From: Desulfurococcales archaeon
Lineage (GTDB): Archaea; Thermoproteota; Thermoprotei_A; Sulfolobales; Desulfurococcaceae
NCBI GenBank assembly: GCA_027022365.1
Contig: JALVYU010000011.1
Coordinates: forward strand, 16,168 to 80,167
DNA length: 64,000 nt
Direction of reading: 5' to 3'
The position numbers and the translations under genes were made by a program. Shown piece after piece: positions 49,354 through 58,350 of the stretch (position 1 is its first letter; each line of letters begins with the position of its first letter). A model generated the notes under the pieces. It was not told the DNA's origin, did not search any database, and was given only the letters and a program-made list of their open reading frames with translations.

Positions 49354-50076
49354 ATGTCGCAGGGATTATTTGATGAAGAAACAATAAGTGCACTAAGATC
49401 GATATTCGGGCAAATGAAGAAGGAACTCGTTGATATACTGGTAGTTGATGATCCAATGGCTCCATCTAGTGGAACTCCAAGTTGTGCGACATGTAAAGAA
49501 GCAAAGATCCTTGCTGAGGAGCTTGAAAGGATCAGTGGGGGTAAGCTGAAGTTCCACATAATTGGCAAAAATAGTCCGGAAGCAAAGCTCTTGAAGCCCA
49601 GATATCTTCCCGCATTCATTTATGATACGCCGAAGAGAAATATTAGGTACTATGGATTGCCTAGTGGGCAGGAGTTTGCACCGTTCATATACATTCATCG
49701 ATATGTTGATTGGGGTAATGTGAAGCTACAGGAGAGTGTGATCAAAATAATTAAAGAAATAGATGTGCCTCTTCATATAAAGATATTTGTAACCCCTGAA
49801 TGCCCGTACTGCCCGCTTGTCGTCGATCAATTCAATCAGTTCGGCCTAGTAAACAGCAAGCTGATTGTCGAAACCATAGAAGCCATGGAAAACCCGCGTG
49901 AAGCAGATATCTATGGTGTATCATACGTACCCGATGTGGTAATAACAGATCCGTCAGAATATGATACCTATGGCGCACCACCAGTAGAACGAATAAACGG
50001 GTACCTACCAGCTGAGCAGACAGTATTATTCCTTAAATCAGCCGCTGAGAAAATAGCCTCTAAGTCGAGGCGTTAA
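49354..50076 (+). CDS. protein disulfide oxidoreductase (two thioredoxin folds, glutaredoxin-like)
   Basis: Two CxxC sites, 'CATC' and 'CPYCP'. About 230-aa PDO architecture as in Pyrococcus/Sulfolobus PDOs. Confidence 0.8.
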   Translation: MSQGLFDEETISALRSIFGQMKKELVDILVVDDPMAPSSGTPSCATCKEAKILAEELERISGGKLKFHIIGKNSPEAKLLKPRYLPAFIYDTPKRNIRYYGLPSGQEFAPFIYIHRYVDWGNVKLQESVIKIIKEIDVPLHIKIFVTPECPYCPLVVDQFNQFGLVNSKLIVETIEAMENPREADIYGVSYVPDVVITDPSEYDTYGAPPVERINGYLPAEQTVLFLKSAAEKIASKSRR

Positions 50077-50081
50077 TAAAA

Positions 50082-50504
50082 TTGACATCTACTCCAGCGT
50101 GTAGAAAATACAATCTCAGCCGAAGAGCGGAGGAATACCTTGAATTAATTCATATCATGCTAAAGAACGGGGAAAGGCCGAAGATTAGGGAGATTGCGCG
50201 TCGTCTGGGTGTTAGGCCTAGCAGTGTTGTCGAGTACCTCAAGAGACTGGAGAGCAAGGGATATATTGTGTACGAGAAAGGCGGGCACATATACTTGACG
50301 GAGAAAGGCCTCAAGTATGCTGAGTCGATCTATGAGAGACACAAGATTCTCACGAAATTCCTAGAACTTCTCGGAGTCCCACATGATGTTGCTGAAGAAG
50401 ATGCGTGTTATATCGAGCATGGCATACATGATATAACACTTGAAAAAATAATTAGTTTTATCAAGAAATGTGGTAGTTTCCTCGATGAGATCAATACGAA
50501 ATAA
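50082..50504 (+). CDS. DtxR/MntR-family metal-dependent transcriptional repressor
   Basis: 'AEEYLELIHIMLKNGERPKIREIARRLGVRPSSVVEYLKRLESKGYI' and 'HKILTKFLELLGV...DACYIEH'. Confidence 0.8.
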   Translation: MTSTPACRKYNLSRRAEEYLELIHIMLKNGERPKIREIARRLGVRPSSVVEYLKRLESKGYIVYEKGGHIYLTEKGLKYAESIYERHKILTKFLELLGVPHDVAEEDACYIEHGIHDITLEKIISFIKKCGSFLDEINTK

Positions 50505-50509
50505 GAACG

Positions 50510-51319
50510 CTAGGCTCTCCTTCTACTGAAGAATTTTTCAAGCCTAACAACTAGTTTGATCGGATCATCATCAAAAACACAACAGTATCTATTATTGCAC
50601 TTGAAAAATCCTCCATCGTTTTCTAGATTATTTCTATCGATACAAATAAATGTTCTTTTTCTCACTTTCATACCCGGTAATAGGTTCTTTATAGACACTA
50701 TTCTTATGGGGGGAGTTGCAAACATGTTTCTACCCCATACTATTATCTTGGAGGCGAGAACGTTTAGATTATCGTTCATGAAACCAATAAGTATCTCCTT
50801 GCTCCTACGACCCTGTATTTCAAGTAAATTACTCCTAGACAATAAGCGCTCAGTAGCCTCCAATAACCGTTTGTACATCCTATAATAGTTTAGTCTCTTC
50901 CAAATATTTGAGACCGGATTATCATTCTCCATGGTTTTGATTATGTCGATTGCTTTATCCATGGCATCTACCGGGTTGTTCGAGATGAGGTAAAAGCCGA
51001 TGAAAGCACCTAAGAAATAGTATTTGTTTATTGGTTCAAACGTGACCCATTTCTCCTTAATACTGGTTGTTCTAAGGATATGTATGTATGATTCTGAAAT
51101 TGGTTTATTCAGTATTACAACTATGTCTCTAGCGGCTTCGTGTTGTTGATCGTTAGTAGTAATCATTATGTTTTCTCCATGTAGTGACGCTGCCAGAACA
51201 TCGTTATCCATTGTTAGTGGTATGTTCTCAATTTCCGATAGGTCTGAACCTGTAGCAATATATCCTGCAAGAAGAAATATTAGCTTGTCATCTACTGTTG
51301 CTTGACCAAACAATTTCAT
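50510..51319 (-). CDS. hypothetical protein
   Basis: 269-aa ATG ORF with normal composition. No motif recognised. Confidence 0.4.
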   Translation of the reverse strand: MKLFGQATVDDKLIFLLAGYIATGSDLSEIENIPLTMDNDVLAASLHGENIMITTNDQQHEAARDIVVILNKPISESYIHILRTTSIKEKWVTFEPINKYYFLGAFIGFYLISNNPVDAMDKAIDIIKTMENDNPVSNIWKRLNYYRMYKRLLEATERLLSRSNLLEIQGRRSKEILIGFMNDNLNVLASKIIVWGRNMFATPPIRIVSIKNLLPGMKVRKRTFICIDRNNLENDGGFFKCNNRYCCVFDDDPIKLVVRLEKFFSRRRA

Positions 51320-51441
51320 CTGGTATTGTCACCCAGTTAAAAACATTATTTTAGTGGTTTAAGAAAATGGTACTCCGGATGAAGAAGGTCCCGAACACAT
51401 CTAGAGCCTTCCTCGGCGATGATGAAGCGGTGGCTGTCGGA

Positions 51442-52188
51442 TCAAATTATTCTAAGTACATAAAGAACTAGGATAGAAGCCTCAAAGAGTATGCTGGCAA
51501 GTAAAAGAACGACATACTTTTTTTCTGAACGATAGGGCAGAAGCGTCTTGAGAGGCAATTCGAGCCTATAGTAATTGTTTTCCCAGACAATCCGGCTGTA
51601 CTCTATCATGCTAGCGGTTGCTGGGCCGAGTCTCTTCCAGGCTTTCTCTCCTTTAAGAGCCCCGATCGCGAGGGACTCCATCATATCATGTAGTCCCGCA
51701 GGCATAGTTCTCCATAGGATTATGGGCGTGATTGCCTTGTCACCCAACCCTATTTTTATGAGGAAATTGGATAGCTGGACAGGACTAATTATCGAGCCGG
51801 CGAATAAGACTAGGAATGAGATATACGTGGTTCTGAAATAGATCATGCTAGCATCTATGGGGGATATGTGGGCCGCGAAACCGAGAAATCCGAATAGGTA
51901 CGCGGTTAAGCCATACCATATCCCTGGGATACTTGATAATGCCAGGCTTGCTCCTGCCCACCATCTGTTAAAGCCTAGGAGGCCTGTTATTGACAGTATT
52001 AGGACAGGTATGTAGGGCTCGTTATAAAATGGGATATAGATCAATGCTGAGAGGATAATTATTGTTATTTTCAGCACGCTCGGCGCTGCTCTTAATCCGG
52101 TCTCCCCGCTCATGAACAGGGACCTATAGATTAGCCCGACAAGTGCACCTATTATTTGCATTTTAACACGCCTCCTTCGATCACGCAT
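51442..52188 (-). CDS. ECF/CbiQ-like transporter transmembrane (T) component
   Basis: Polytopic membrane protein at the end of the S-component / double-ATPase operon. Called mainly on position. Confidence 0.5.
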   Translation of the reverse strand: MRDRRRRVKMQIIGALVGLIYRSLFMSGETGLRAAPSVLKITIIILSALIYIPFYNEPYIPVLILSITGLLGFNRWWAGASLALSSIPGIWYGLTAYLFGFLGFAAHISPIDASMIYFRTTYISFLVLFAGSIISPVQLSNFLIKIGLGDKAITPIILWRTMPAGLHDMMESLAIGALKGEKAWKRLGPATASMIEYSRIVWENNYYRLELPLKTLLPYRSEKKYVVLLLASILFEASILVLYVLRII

Positions 52189-53492
52189 GTTTTATCATAG
52201 ATGCTGTGTAGCCTCTTGTCATGTGATGCAATAACTACTGCTTTACCACTACTTGCAGTGGCGAGAATGGAGTCGATCACTTTCCTAACTATATAATTAT
52301 CAAGACCGCCGCTCGGCTCATCAAAGAGGAAAATATCATACCCTGCGAGAAAAGCTGACGCTAGGGCGGCTCTCCTTCTTTCCCCACTGCTTGTCTCCGC
52401 CAATGGTTTCTCAAGAATATGCTTTATACCGAATTCTTCCGCGGTAGCCGTGATTTTTTCCTCGCTGCAACCTCTTCCGCAGGCCAGTTTTAGTTCTTCT
52501 TTGATTGTGGCTCCTGAGAAGTACAGGAGCGGGTTTTCTGGAATAAGTATTGTCTTTCCTTTACGCATCACTACTCCTCTCGAAGGCTTGTATATTCCAG
52601 CGAGTATTTTCAAGAGAGTTGATTTACCGGCTCCGTTTGATCCCGTAATGCCTATGATCTCTCCTTTACCTACAGTAATTGATATGCCTTTTAGAACGGG
52701 TTTTTGTCCCGGATAACTGTACCAGATATTATCAGCAACTAATAAAACATCATTTCCTCTACTTCTCATGGTCTCTGATGCGAAGCCTTCCTTTGGAGGT
52801 GTGGGCACCTTATCTTCTCGGAAAACCCCTTCATATACTGGCCTTCCGTTCTCCAGCACTAAGAGTTTAGGTGAGAGACGAGCCCATAGTAATGGATCAT
52901 GATCAACTATGATAGCGGAGCCCCCGTTTTCGAGATGTTTCTTTACCAGGTTAACGAATTCTTTCTTGCCTTGCTCATCAATATATACTCCAGGCTCATC
53001 CATGAAGAGTACTTTTCCGCCCTTGTCGATATTCGAAGCCCAAAGGAGACGCTGGATCTGCCCAGCGCTTAGACCATAGGTTATATGGTCTCTGAGCCGT
53101 CCTAGACCATATATACTGAGTCTGGAGGGGTTACACTGGAGGCCTAGCACGGAGAATGATAGACAATACTCGGTCTCGACCGTGTGGCCCAGCACGCCGT
53201 ACCATGGATCCTGCGGGATATATCCGATTATCTGGAAAATCTTTTCGGGTTTTTCACGGTACGGATTTATCCCCGAGACAATAACTTCTCCCCTAAAATA
53301 CCCGTTTCTCGAGAGCTTGATGAGGCCCAGCAGGGATTTGAGAAGAGTGGATTTACCACTACCCGATCTCCCAGTTATAACTAGGGCTTCGCCATAATCA
53401 ACCTGCAGAAACACGTCTTTTATAGAAAATCCTCCCTTATACCCTGCCTCACTCACCTTGGCCTTGACCGCTGCTTGAGACATATCCTGCAC
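52152..53492 (-). CDS. ABC ATPase with two fused nucleotide-binding domains (ECF A/A'-like)
   Basis: Walker A 'GRSGSGKST' and 'GSNGAGKST'. Signatures 'LSAGQIQRL' and 'SSGERRR'. Walker B 'LFMDEP' and 'FLFDEP'. Confidence 0.85.
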   Translation of the reverse strand: MQDMSQAAVKAKVSEAGYKGGFSIKDVFLQVDYGEALVITGRSGSGKSTLLKSLLGLIKLSRNGYFRGEVIVSGINPYREKPEKIFQIIGYIPQDPWYGVLGHTVETEYCLSFSVLGLQCNPSRLSIYGLGRLRDHITYGLSAGQIQRLLWASNIDKGGKVLFMDEPGVYIDEQGKKEFVNLVKKHLENGGSAIIVDHDPLLWARLSPKLLVLENGRPVYEGVFREDKVPTPPKEGFASETMRSRGNDVLLVADNIWYSYPGQKPVLKGISITVGKGEIIGITGSNGAGKSTLLKILAGIYKPSRGVVMRKGKTILIPENPLLYFSGATIKEELKLACGRGCSEEKITATAEEFGIKHILEKPLAETSSGERRRAALASAFLAGYDIFLFDEPSGGLDNYIVRKVIDSILATASSGKAVVIASHDKRLHSIYDKTCVIEGGVLKCK

Positions 53493-54222
53493 GCCTCAGC
53501 CATGATGCCAGTGGTATGGCTATGGCAGCACCTATTACTGCTTGGCCTATATTGACTGGTACCTCAATAAACGCCGCGGCTGGCGGTCTCCCCGTTAATG
53601 GATTACTCACAAAGTACTCGTATAGCAGGTAGCCTGTAACCATTATTAGACCCGACAACAACACGGCAGCAGCCTCTCCTCCATATACGTTCTTTGCGAC
53701 ACTATATGCGATGAGAGCTCCTAGGACGAAGGCAATAATTATCCATACTGCAAGAGGGATCTCGATCAATGGGGATTCAAACTTAAAGCTGAGCCACTGC
53801 TCCGGCCCAACATATATTTTCCCCCTCCAGTAGAACACCGAGAAGGACAGTAACAATGCAGTATAACAAGCACCAGTCAATGCACCAATAGCTTTGCCAC
53901 GCAGCCCTTTAAACCTCCTAGCAAGATATCCGGCCACGTAGCCCTCAGTAAACTTAATAACTAGTGTTGCAGGAGCGAATATCCCATAACCCGTTGATAA
54001 GTCTGCAAGACTCGATCCTATGCCTCCCGCTATACCGGCAACCAATGGCCCGGCTGTAAGGGCTGCTAGGTAGATCATTGCCTCTCCTAGGTTGAAGTAT
54101 CCACCCGTAGCCGGCTGATATATCTGTAAAGCAACTGTGGCGACGTAAACAGCTACTGTATACGCTATAGTTAGTAGAAGCTCCTTACTGTGTGTCTTCA
54201 TTTCCTTCACCAATAAATACAT
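53449..54222 (-). CDS. ECF transporter S (substrate-capture) component-like membrane protein
   Basis: 'GGYFNLGEAMIYLAALTAGPLVAGIAGGIGSSLADL..GYGIFAPATLVIKF' matches the ECF_trnsprt-type pattern. Confidence 0.6.
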   Translation of the reverse strand: MYLLVKEMKTHSKELLLTIAYTVAVYVATVALQIYQPATGGYFNLGEAMIYLAALTAGPLVAGIAGGIGSSLADLSTGYGIFAPATLVIKFTEGYVAGYLARRFKGLRGKAIGALTGACYTALLLSFSVFYWRGKIYVGPEQWLSFKFESPLIEIPLAVWIIIAFVLGALIAYSVAKNVYGGEAAAVLLSGLIMVTGYLLYEYFVSNPLTGRPPAAAFIEVPVNIGQAVIGAAIAIPLASWLRRAGYVSSSGQGQGE

Positions 54223-54266
54223 TCTTGCCTTTCTGAATTAATATAAAGTTTTTTCTTTAAGAATCC

Positions 54267-55598
54267 CTAGGATAATCGATAGACAGTGTTCAAAAACTCC
54301 CTTCCCTTATCAGTTAACCTATATTTTCTAATACCCTGCTCCACATACGATTTGATAAGCCCCATTTTCTCCAGCTCTCTAAGATGCTGGTAGACGGCCT
54401 GAACAGATATCTTCACCCCGAGGAGCTTCCACAAGCCGTAACCATGTATGGGCTCGTTCTCCGCTATTTTCTCAAGGATAATTAACTTAGTAGACGGGGG
54501 GAATACGCTTATCTCGCTTCTCGCACGACTAGGCCTGCTATAGGCTTTCGGGCCTTTCAAGCCGTGGCCCGTCAATACAACGACTGTATCGCCCTCTAGT
54601 TGTTCGGAGAGCTTCAGGACTCCGGCAAGTGCTACGGCTGAGGATGGCTCAACAAATAACCCCTCGTTCCGTGCTAGAAGCTTAGCGGCTCTAAGTAATT
54701 CCTTCTTAGAGACCGCCAGTACATCGCTCCTACTCAGGATCTTCGATATTTTGTCTTTAACCGGAGAATCTGAGTACATGAGGCCCGGTGGAGGCTCTTC
54801 ACGACATCCATATGGTATGCCGAAGATTCTTGAATAAACGGGGTTTCCGCAGCTCTCGATCCCTATGAGTCTCGGCATAGTTGATATTATTCCTCGATCA
54901 TACATTTCCTTGTATCCATGATATACGCTATAGAGTGTTATGCCTGAACCTAGAGGTACTACAATGTTCTTGGGGACCTTCCCTAGTTGCAGGTATATTT
55001 CTATACCTATGGTCTTAAGGCCCTCGATAGATAATGGGTTGTGGGATGTTGAGCCCGGATAAGCTTTCATCTCGGGAATCTTCTTCGAGACAATATCCAG
55101 TAGTTCATCTATTGTTTTATCAAGAACCTTTACGTGTGCACCGTACGCTTTCATAAGGAGTATTTTCTCGGGATCTGTTTTCCTTGGAACCACGACGTAC
55201 GCTTTGATCCCAGCCCTAGCACTATAGGCCGCTACGCTTGAACCCATATTGCCATCGCTTGCTAGTAGAATTTTCTTTTCCCCAAGACTACTGGCATGAC
55301 TAACGATCAGAGCGGCCGCTCGATCCCTGAAACTACCTGTCGGGTTTCTCCCTTCATCCTTGAAGTAAACGGGTAGATTCTTGAAGAGCCTTGTAGACCT
55401 TATTAGTGGTGTCCATGCTTCGCCAAGACTTATCTTTGTCTCTATATCGGGTAGTATTGGTGAGAAGCTCCATATGTTGGATCCCTTGAACCTTGTCCAC
55501 TTCCATTTATGCCCAGGATGCATTATTTCTCTGCAAATAGGGCACTTCATAACGGGTGTTACTGTGCTGTAGCCGCATCGTGGACATATGAAGAACAA
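54267..55598 (-). CDS. threonine synthase-like (fold-type II PLP) protein with an N-terminal zinc ribbon and a C-terminal PadR-like wHTH. The Schiff-base Lys is replaced by Arg.
   Basis: 'CPRCGY..CPIC'. 'YFKDEGRNPTGSFRDRAAA' sits where ThrC has NPTGSFKDRG; Arg91 is codon AGG at 55326-55328. The C-terminus 'IHGYGLWKLL....VYQHLRELEKMGLIKS....RKYRLTDKGREFL' is PadR-like. Confidence 0.75.
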   Translation of the reverse strand: MFFICPRCGYSTVTPVMKCPICREIMHPGHKWKWTRFKGSNIWSFSPILPDIETKISLGEAWTPLIRSTRLFKNLPVYFKDEGRNPTGSFRDRAAALIVSHASSLGEKKILLASDGNMGSSVAAYSARAGIKAYVVVPRKTDPEKILLMKAYGAHVKVLDKTIDELLDIVSKKIPEMKAYPGSTSHNPLSIEGLKTIGIEIYLQLGKVPKNIVVPLGSGITLYSVYHGYKEMYDRGIISTMPRLIGIESCGNPVYSRIFGIPYGCREEPPPGLMYSDSPVKDKISKILSRSDVLAVSKKELLRAAKLLARNEGLFVEPSSAVALAGVLKLSEQLEGDTVVVLTGHGLKGPKAYSRPSRARSEISVFPPSTKLIILEKIAENEPIHGYGLWKLLGVKISVQAVYQHLRELEKMGLIKSYVEQGIRKYRLTDKGREFLNTVYRLS

Positions 55599-55677
55599 TA
55601 TTTTATCCCCGGGTGAGTGGCTCGTACATTCTATCCTAATATATAATTAAGGTATTAGCTTCCACCATATTAACCAG

Positions 55678-56421
55678 TTGCGATATACTCTTCAATGGTG
55701 TAACGTATTGGCCGAGCAACTATTGACGCCCGTAGATGTTATCATTGATTCTAGAGAGGACTCCAAACATCCTGAATTTAGGAAATCATTGATCTCTAGC
55801 GGTTTAAAGGTTGCAGTCAAGAAGCTAGAGGCGGGGGACTTCCTATTGCTCGCCTCCCCTGGGAAGAGACCGGTTCTCGTTGAGAGGAAAACAATTAATG
55901 ATCTGGGGAATAGTATTCGTGATAACCGTATATGGGAACAAGCCAAACTACTCGTTGAAGCCGCCAGGAAGGATGGCTACATACCAATGATTGTCATTGA
56001 GGGATGGCTCGGTGCCCTCGAAAGATATAGGGGATGGAAGATACAGAGTGTGCTAAGGATACTTGACACGCTTATGATAGATTTTGACATCAAGATATTG
56101 AATACACCAAACAAGTCAGCTACTATAGGATGGCTGGTATCAAAGGCTAAAAGTCTAGGCAAGACTAGCGAGAAGAGAGTTTATAGGCTACGCGTCGAGA
56201 AGAAACCTATGACTATCCAGGAGAGGATAATATATGTCGCTGAGGGTCTTGTTGGCCCTAAGCTGGCCCGGAAACTATTGGGAGTATTTGGTACATTGCG
56301 AAACATTGCGAATGCTAGTATCCAGGATCTTATGAAGGTTGAAGGGATAGGTGAAAAGAGAGCTAAGGAGATATATCTCGTCTTCAATACTAGATGGGGA
56401 GGAGAAGAAAGGGAAAGGTAG
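55678..56421 (+). CDS. xpf: XPF/ERCC4-family structure-specific endonuclease (crenarchaeal short form)
   Basis: ERCC4 motif 'GDFLL...VERKTINDL' and a C-terminal (HhH)2 'VEGIGEKRAKEI'. About 240 aa with no helicase domain. Confidence 0.8.
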   Translation: MRYTLQWCNVLAEQLLTPVDVIIDSREDSKHPEFRKSLISSGLKVAVKKLEAGDFLLLASPGKRPVLVERKTINDLGNSIRDNRIWEQAKLLVEAARKDGYIPMIVIEGWLGALERYRGWKIQSVLRILDTLMIDFDIKILNTPNKSATIGWLVSKAKSLGKTSEKRVYRLRVEKKPMTIQERIIYVAEGLVGPKLARKLLGVFGTLRNIANASIQDLMKVEGIGEKRAKEIYLVFNTRWGGEERER

Positions 56422-56427
56422 CCCGAA

Positions 56428-57453
56428 TTGTTGTCTACATGGACAGAAACATTCTACGTTATCCTAGCATCTATAATAAGCTTCATGCTAAGCCTCCACT
56501 TGGTCCGCTGGTGGATCCATAAGGCACGCGAGATAGGCCTGACTGGTAAAGACATGAATAAGCCCGAGGAGATACAGATCCCTGAGAGCGGCGGAATATG
56601 GGTCGGTGTCGCCGCTAGTTTCGGTCTCCTAGTCTTCATCGCGCTACAGATATACCTTTCCAAGTACAAGGAATACAATTTAGAGCTCATGGCACTAGCT
56701 CTCATGCTCTTCATGTCTAGTTTCCTCGGCTTCTTAGACGATATTCTTGGCTGGAAGAAGGGATTGAAGCCATGGAGCAAGATCATCTATATGGCCCCTC
56801 TTGCTCTCCCCATAGTAGTGATCAAGGCGGGCTACTCCATCATAACACTGCCTATCATAGGGCCGGTTAACCTAGGCCTCATATACCCCTTAGTACTGGT
56901 CCCCATCGGTATACTCGGCGCAGCCAATGCGTTCAACATGTTGGCAGGGTATAACGGACTGGAGGCTGGACAGGGCATACTATTGATGCTGTTCACGCTC
57001 ATCTACTCGTGGATCAAGGGTTTACACCCAAGCCTCGAAGCCTCAGCGATAATGTTGGCCGCAATACTGGGCTTCATGATCTATAACTGGTACCCGGCAA
57101 AAGTGTTTCCCGGCAATAGTTTTACGCATGGGCTGGGAGCATACTATGCAGCAATTGTGATTATGGGTAACTTCGAGAAATTCGGCATAATGCTCTTCAC
57201 TCTCTACTTCATAGAACTAGCATTATTCTTACGTGGACTCAAAGACGGTGTCTACAAGGAGAATTTCGGCAAAGTACAGCCGGATGGCACTATCCTGCCG
57301 CCATACGAGAGGGTTTATAGCCTAACTCATCTAGCGATAAAGGCCCTGATTAGGATGAGGGGGTATGCTCGGGAGAAGGACGTCACCCTATTCATACTTT
57401 CCTTGCAGGTAATAGTCGGTGTTCTCTCCCTAGTTCTTATAAGATATGTTTAG
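56428..57453 (+). CDS. glycosyltransferase family 4 UDP-HexNAc:dolichyl-phosphate HexNAc-1-phosphate transferase (AglH-like)
   Basis: 'FLGFLDDILG' and 'NAFNMLAGYNGLEAGQ' are MraY/WecA/GPT-family motifs. Confidence 0.8.
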   Translation: MLSTWTETFYVILASIISFMLSLHLVRWWIHKAREIGLTGKDMNKPEEIQIPESGGIWVGVAASFGLLVFIALQIYLSKYKEYNLELMALALMLFMSSFLGFLDDILGWKKGLKPWSKIIYMAPLALPIVVIKAGYSIITLPIIGPVNLGLIYPLVLVPIGILGAANAFNMLAGYNGLEAGQGILLMLFTLIYSWIKGLHPSLEASAIMLAAILGFMIYNWYPAKVFPGNSFTHGLGAYYAAIVIMGNFEKFGIMLFTLYFIELALFLRGLKDGVYKENFGKVQPDGTILPPYERVYSLTHLAIKALIRMRGYAREKDVTLFILSLQVIVGVLSLVLIRYV

Positions 57454-57456
57454 ATA

Positions 57457-58218
57457 CTAGATAACGTTTGGTGGAAGAGGATTAGACACGTATCCATTAT
57501 ATCCTGTCCTAACTAGCTCGGAAGCCCTTATGCCGCTTTGGATTAAAGGTGAGACATAGGGCCATGGCTGGCTACAACTATAGATCATCGCGGCAGACAT
57601 GCCAGCGACAATAAATCCGGGAATCAACCAATAGGTTCTCTCAACGAGCTCTTGTGAGCCAGGAATAGTAGGGCCCAAACCCTCTGATACAACGCCGATC
57701 TTAAGCCTGTCAAGCACCATGCCCGTTAAATAACCATTAGCTGTTGCATCGATGACTATTCTTGAGCCTATGATCTCCTTATCGCCGAGCATATGCTCGT
57801 TAAGTTCTCTTATTATAATGCCTGCGATGGTTATCCCTGTTCCGCCGGGTGAGAACAGGGGCTCTAGGTCAGTATTAACGATGATTTCGCCACCTAGGTC
57901 GAGTATTCTCGAGGAAAGCTTAACGATGTACTCGAGAGGCCTTATCCACTTCTTATCATTATCGCTGAAGATCTTTACTCCGGACTTGGTTAAGAAATCA
58001 ACTACACTGTCATCGATATAGGCTTTATCGCCTAATCCAGCGTAGTAAGTGTACTGCGAAAGCCCCGGTTCGGGCTCGATCACGATGACGTTATATCTGT
58101 TTTCGAGGAGTGAAGCAGCTGCCGCGAGACCTGTATATCCGGCCCCGATGATTATTACGTCATAGTTTCTCGACATCAACACGCTTTCTCCCTTAACCCG
58201 TAGGACTTGGCTCGGCAT
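57457..58218 (-). CDS. small FAD/NAD(P)-binding oxidoreductase
   Basis: Dinucleotide fold 'YDVIIIGAGYTGLAAAASL'. The real start is probably the Met before SRNYDV. Confidence 0.55.
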   Translation of the reverse strand: MPSQVLRVKGESVLMSRNYDVIIIGAGYTGLAAAASLLENRYNVIVIEPEPGLSQYTYYAGLGDKAYIDDSVVDFLTKSGVKIFSDNDKKWIRPLEYIVKLSSRILDLGGEIIVNTDLEPLFSPGGTGITIAGIIIRELNEHMLGDKEIIGSRIVIDATANGYLTGMVLDRLKIGVVSEGLGPTIPGSQELVERTYWLIPGFIVAGMSAAMIYSCSQPWPYVSPLIQSGIRASELVRTGYNGYVSNPLPPNVI

Positions 58219-58260
58219 AGGCTTTTACAGTTTTTTAGAAAAAGAACTTTACGAAAAGTA

Positions 58261-58330
58261 TGTGGTTGGCGGTGAATACGTCCCTGGCCGTTTCATCCCG
58301 CCAGGACTTGCCTGGGCGTCGCGGCCACAA
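58261..58330. ncRNA. GC-rich, potentially structured intergenic element (class unknown)
   Basis: 70-nt GC-rich island within an AT-rich spacer. Ends TGTGG/CCACA pair. Two internal helices are mutually exclusive: CCTGGC/GCCAGG and CCAGG-acttg-CCTGG. Confidence 0.3.
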
Positions 58331-58350
58331 TATATTTTCGTTGTCTAGCC

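Noticed and set aside
58261-58330. H/ACA guide sRNA on the minus strand (3'-terminal ACA, possible K-loop GGGAUGAAAC)
   Set aside because: The upper stem and loop are plausible. I could not build a convincing lower stem that leaves the ACA single-stranded, so the element is reported only as an unclassified structured island.
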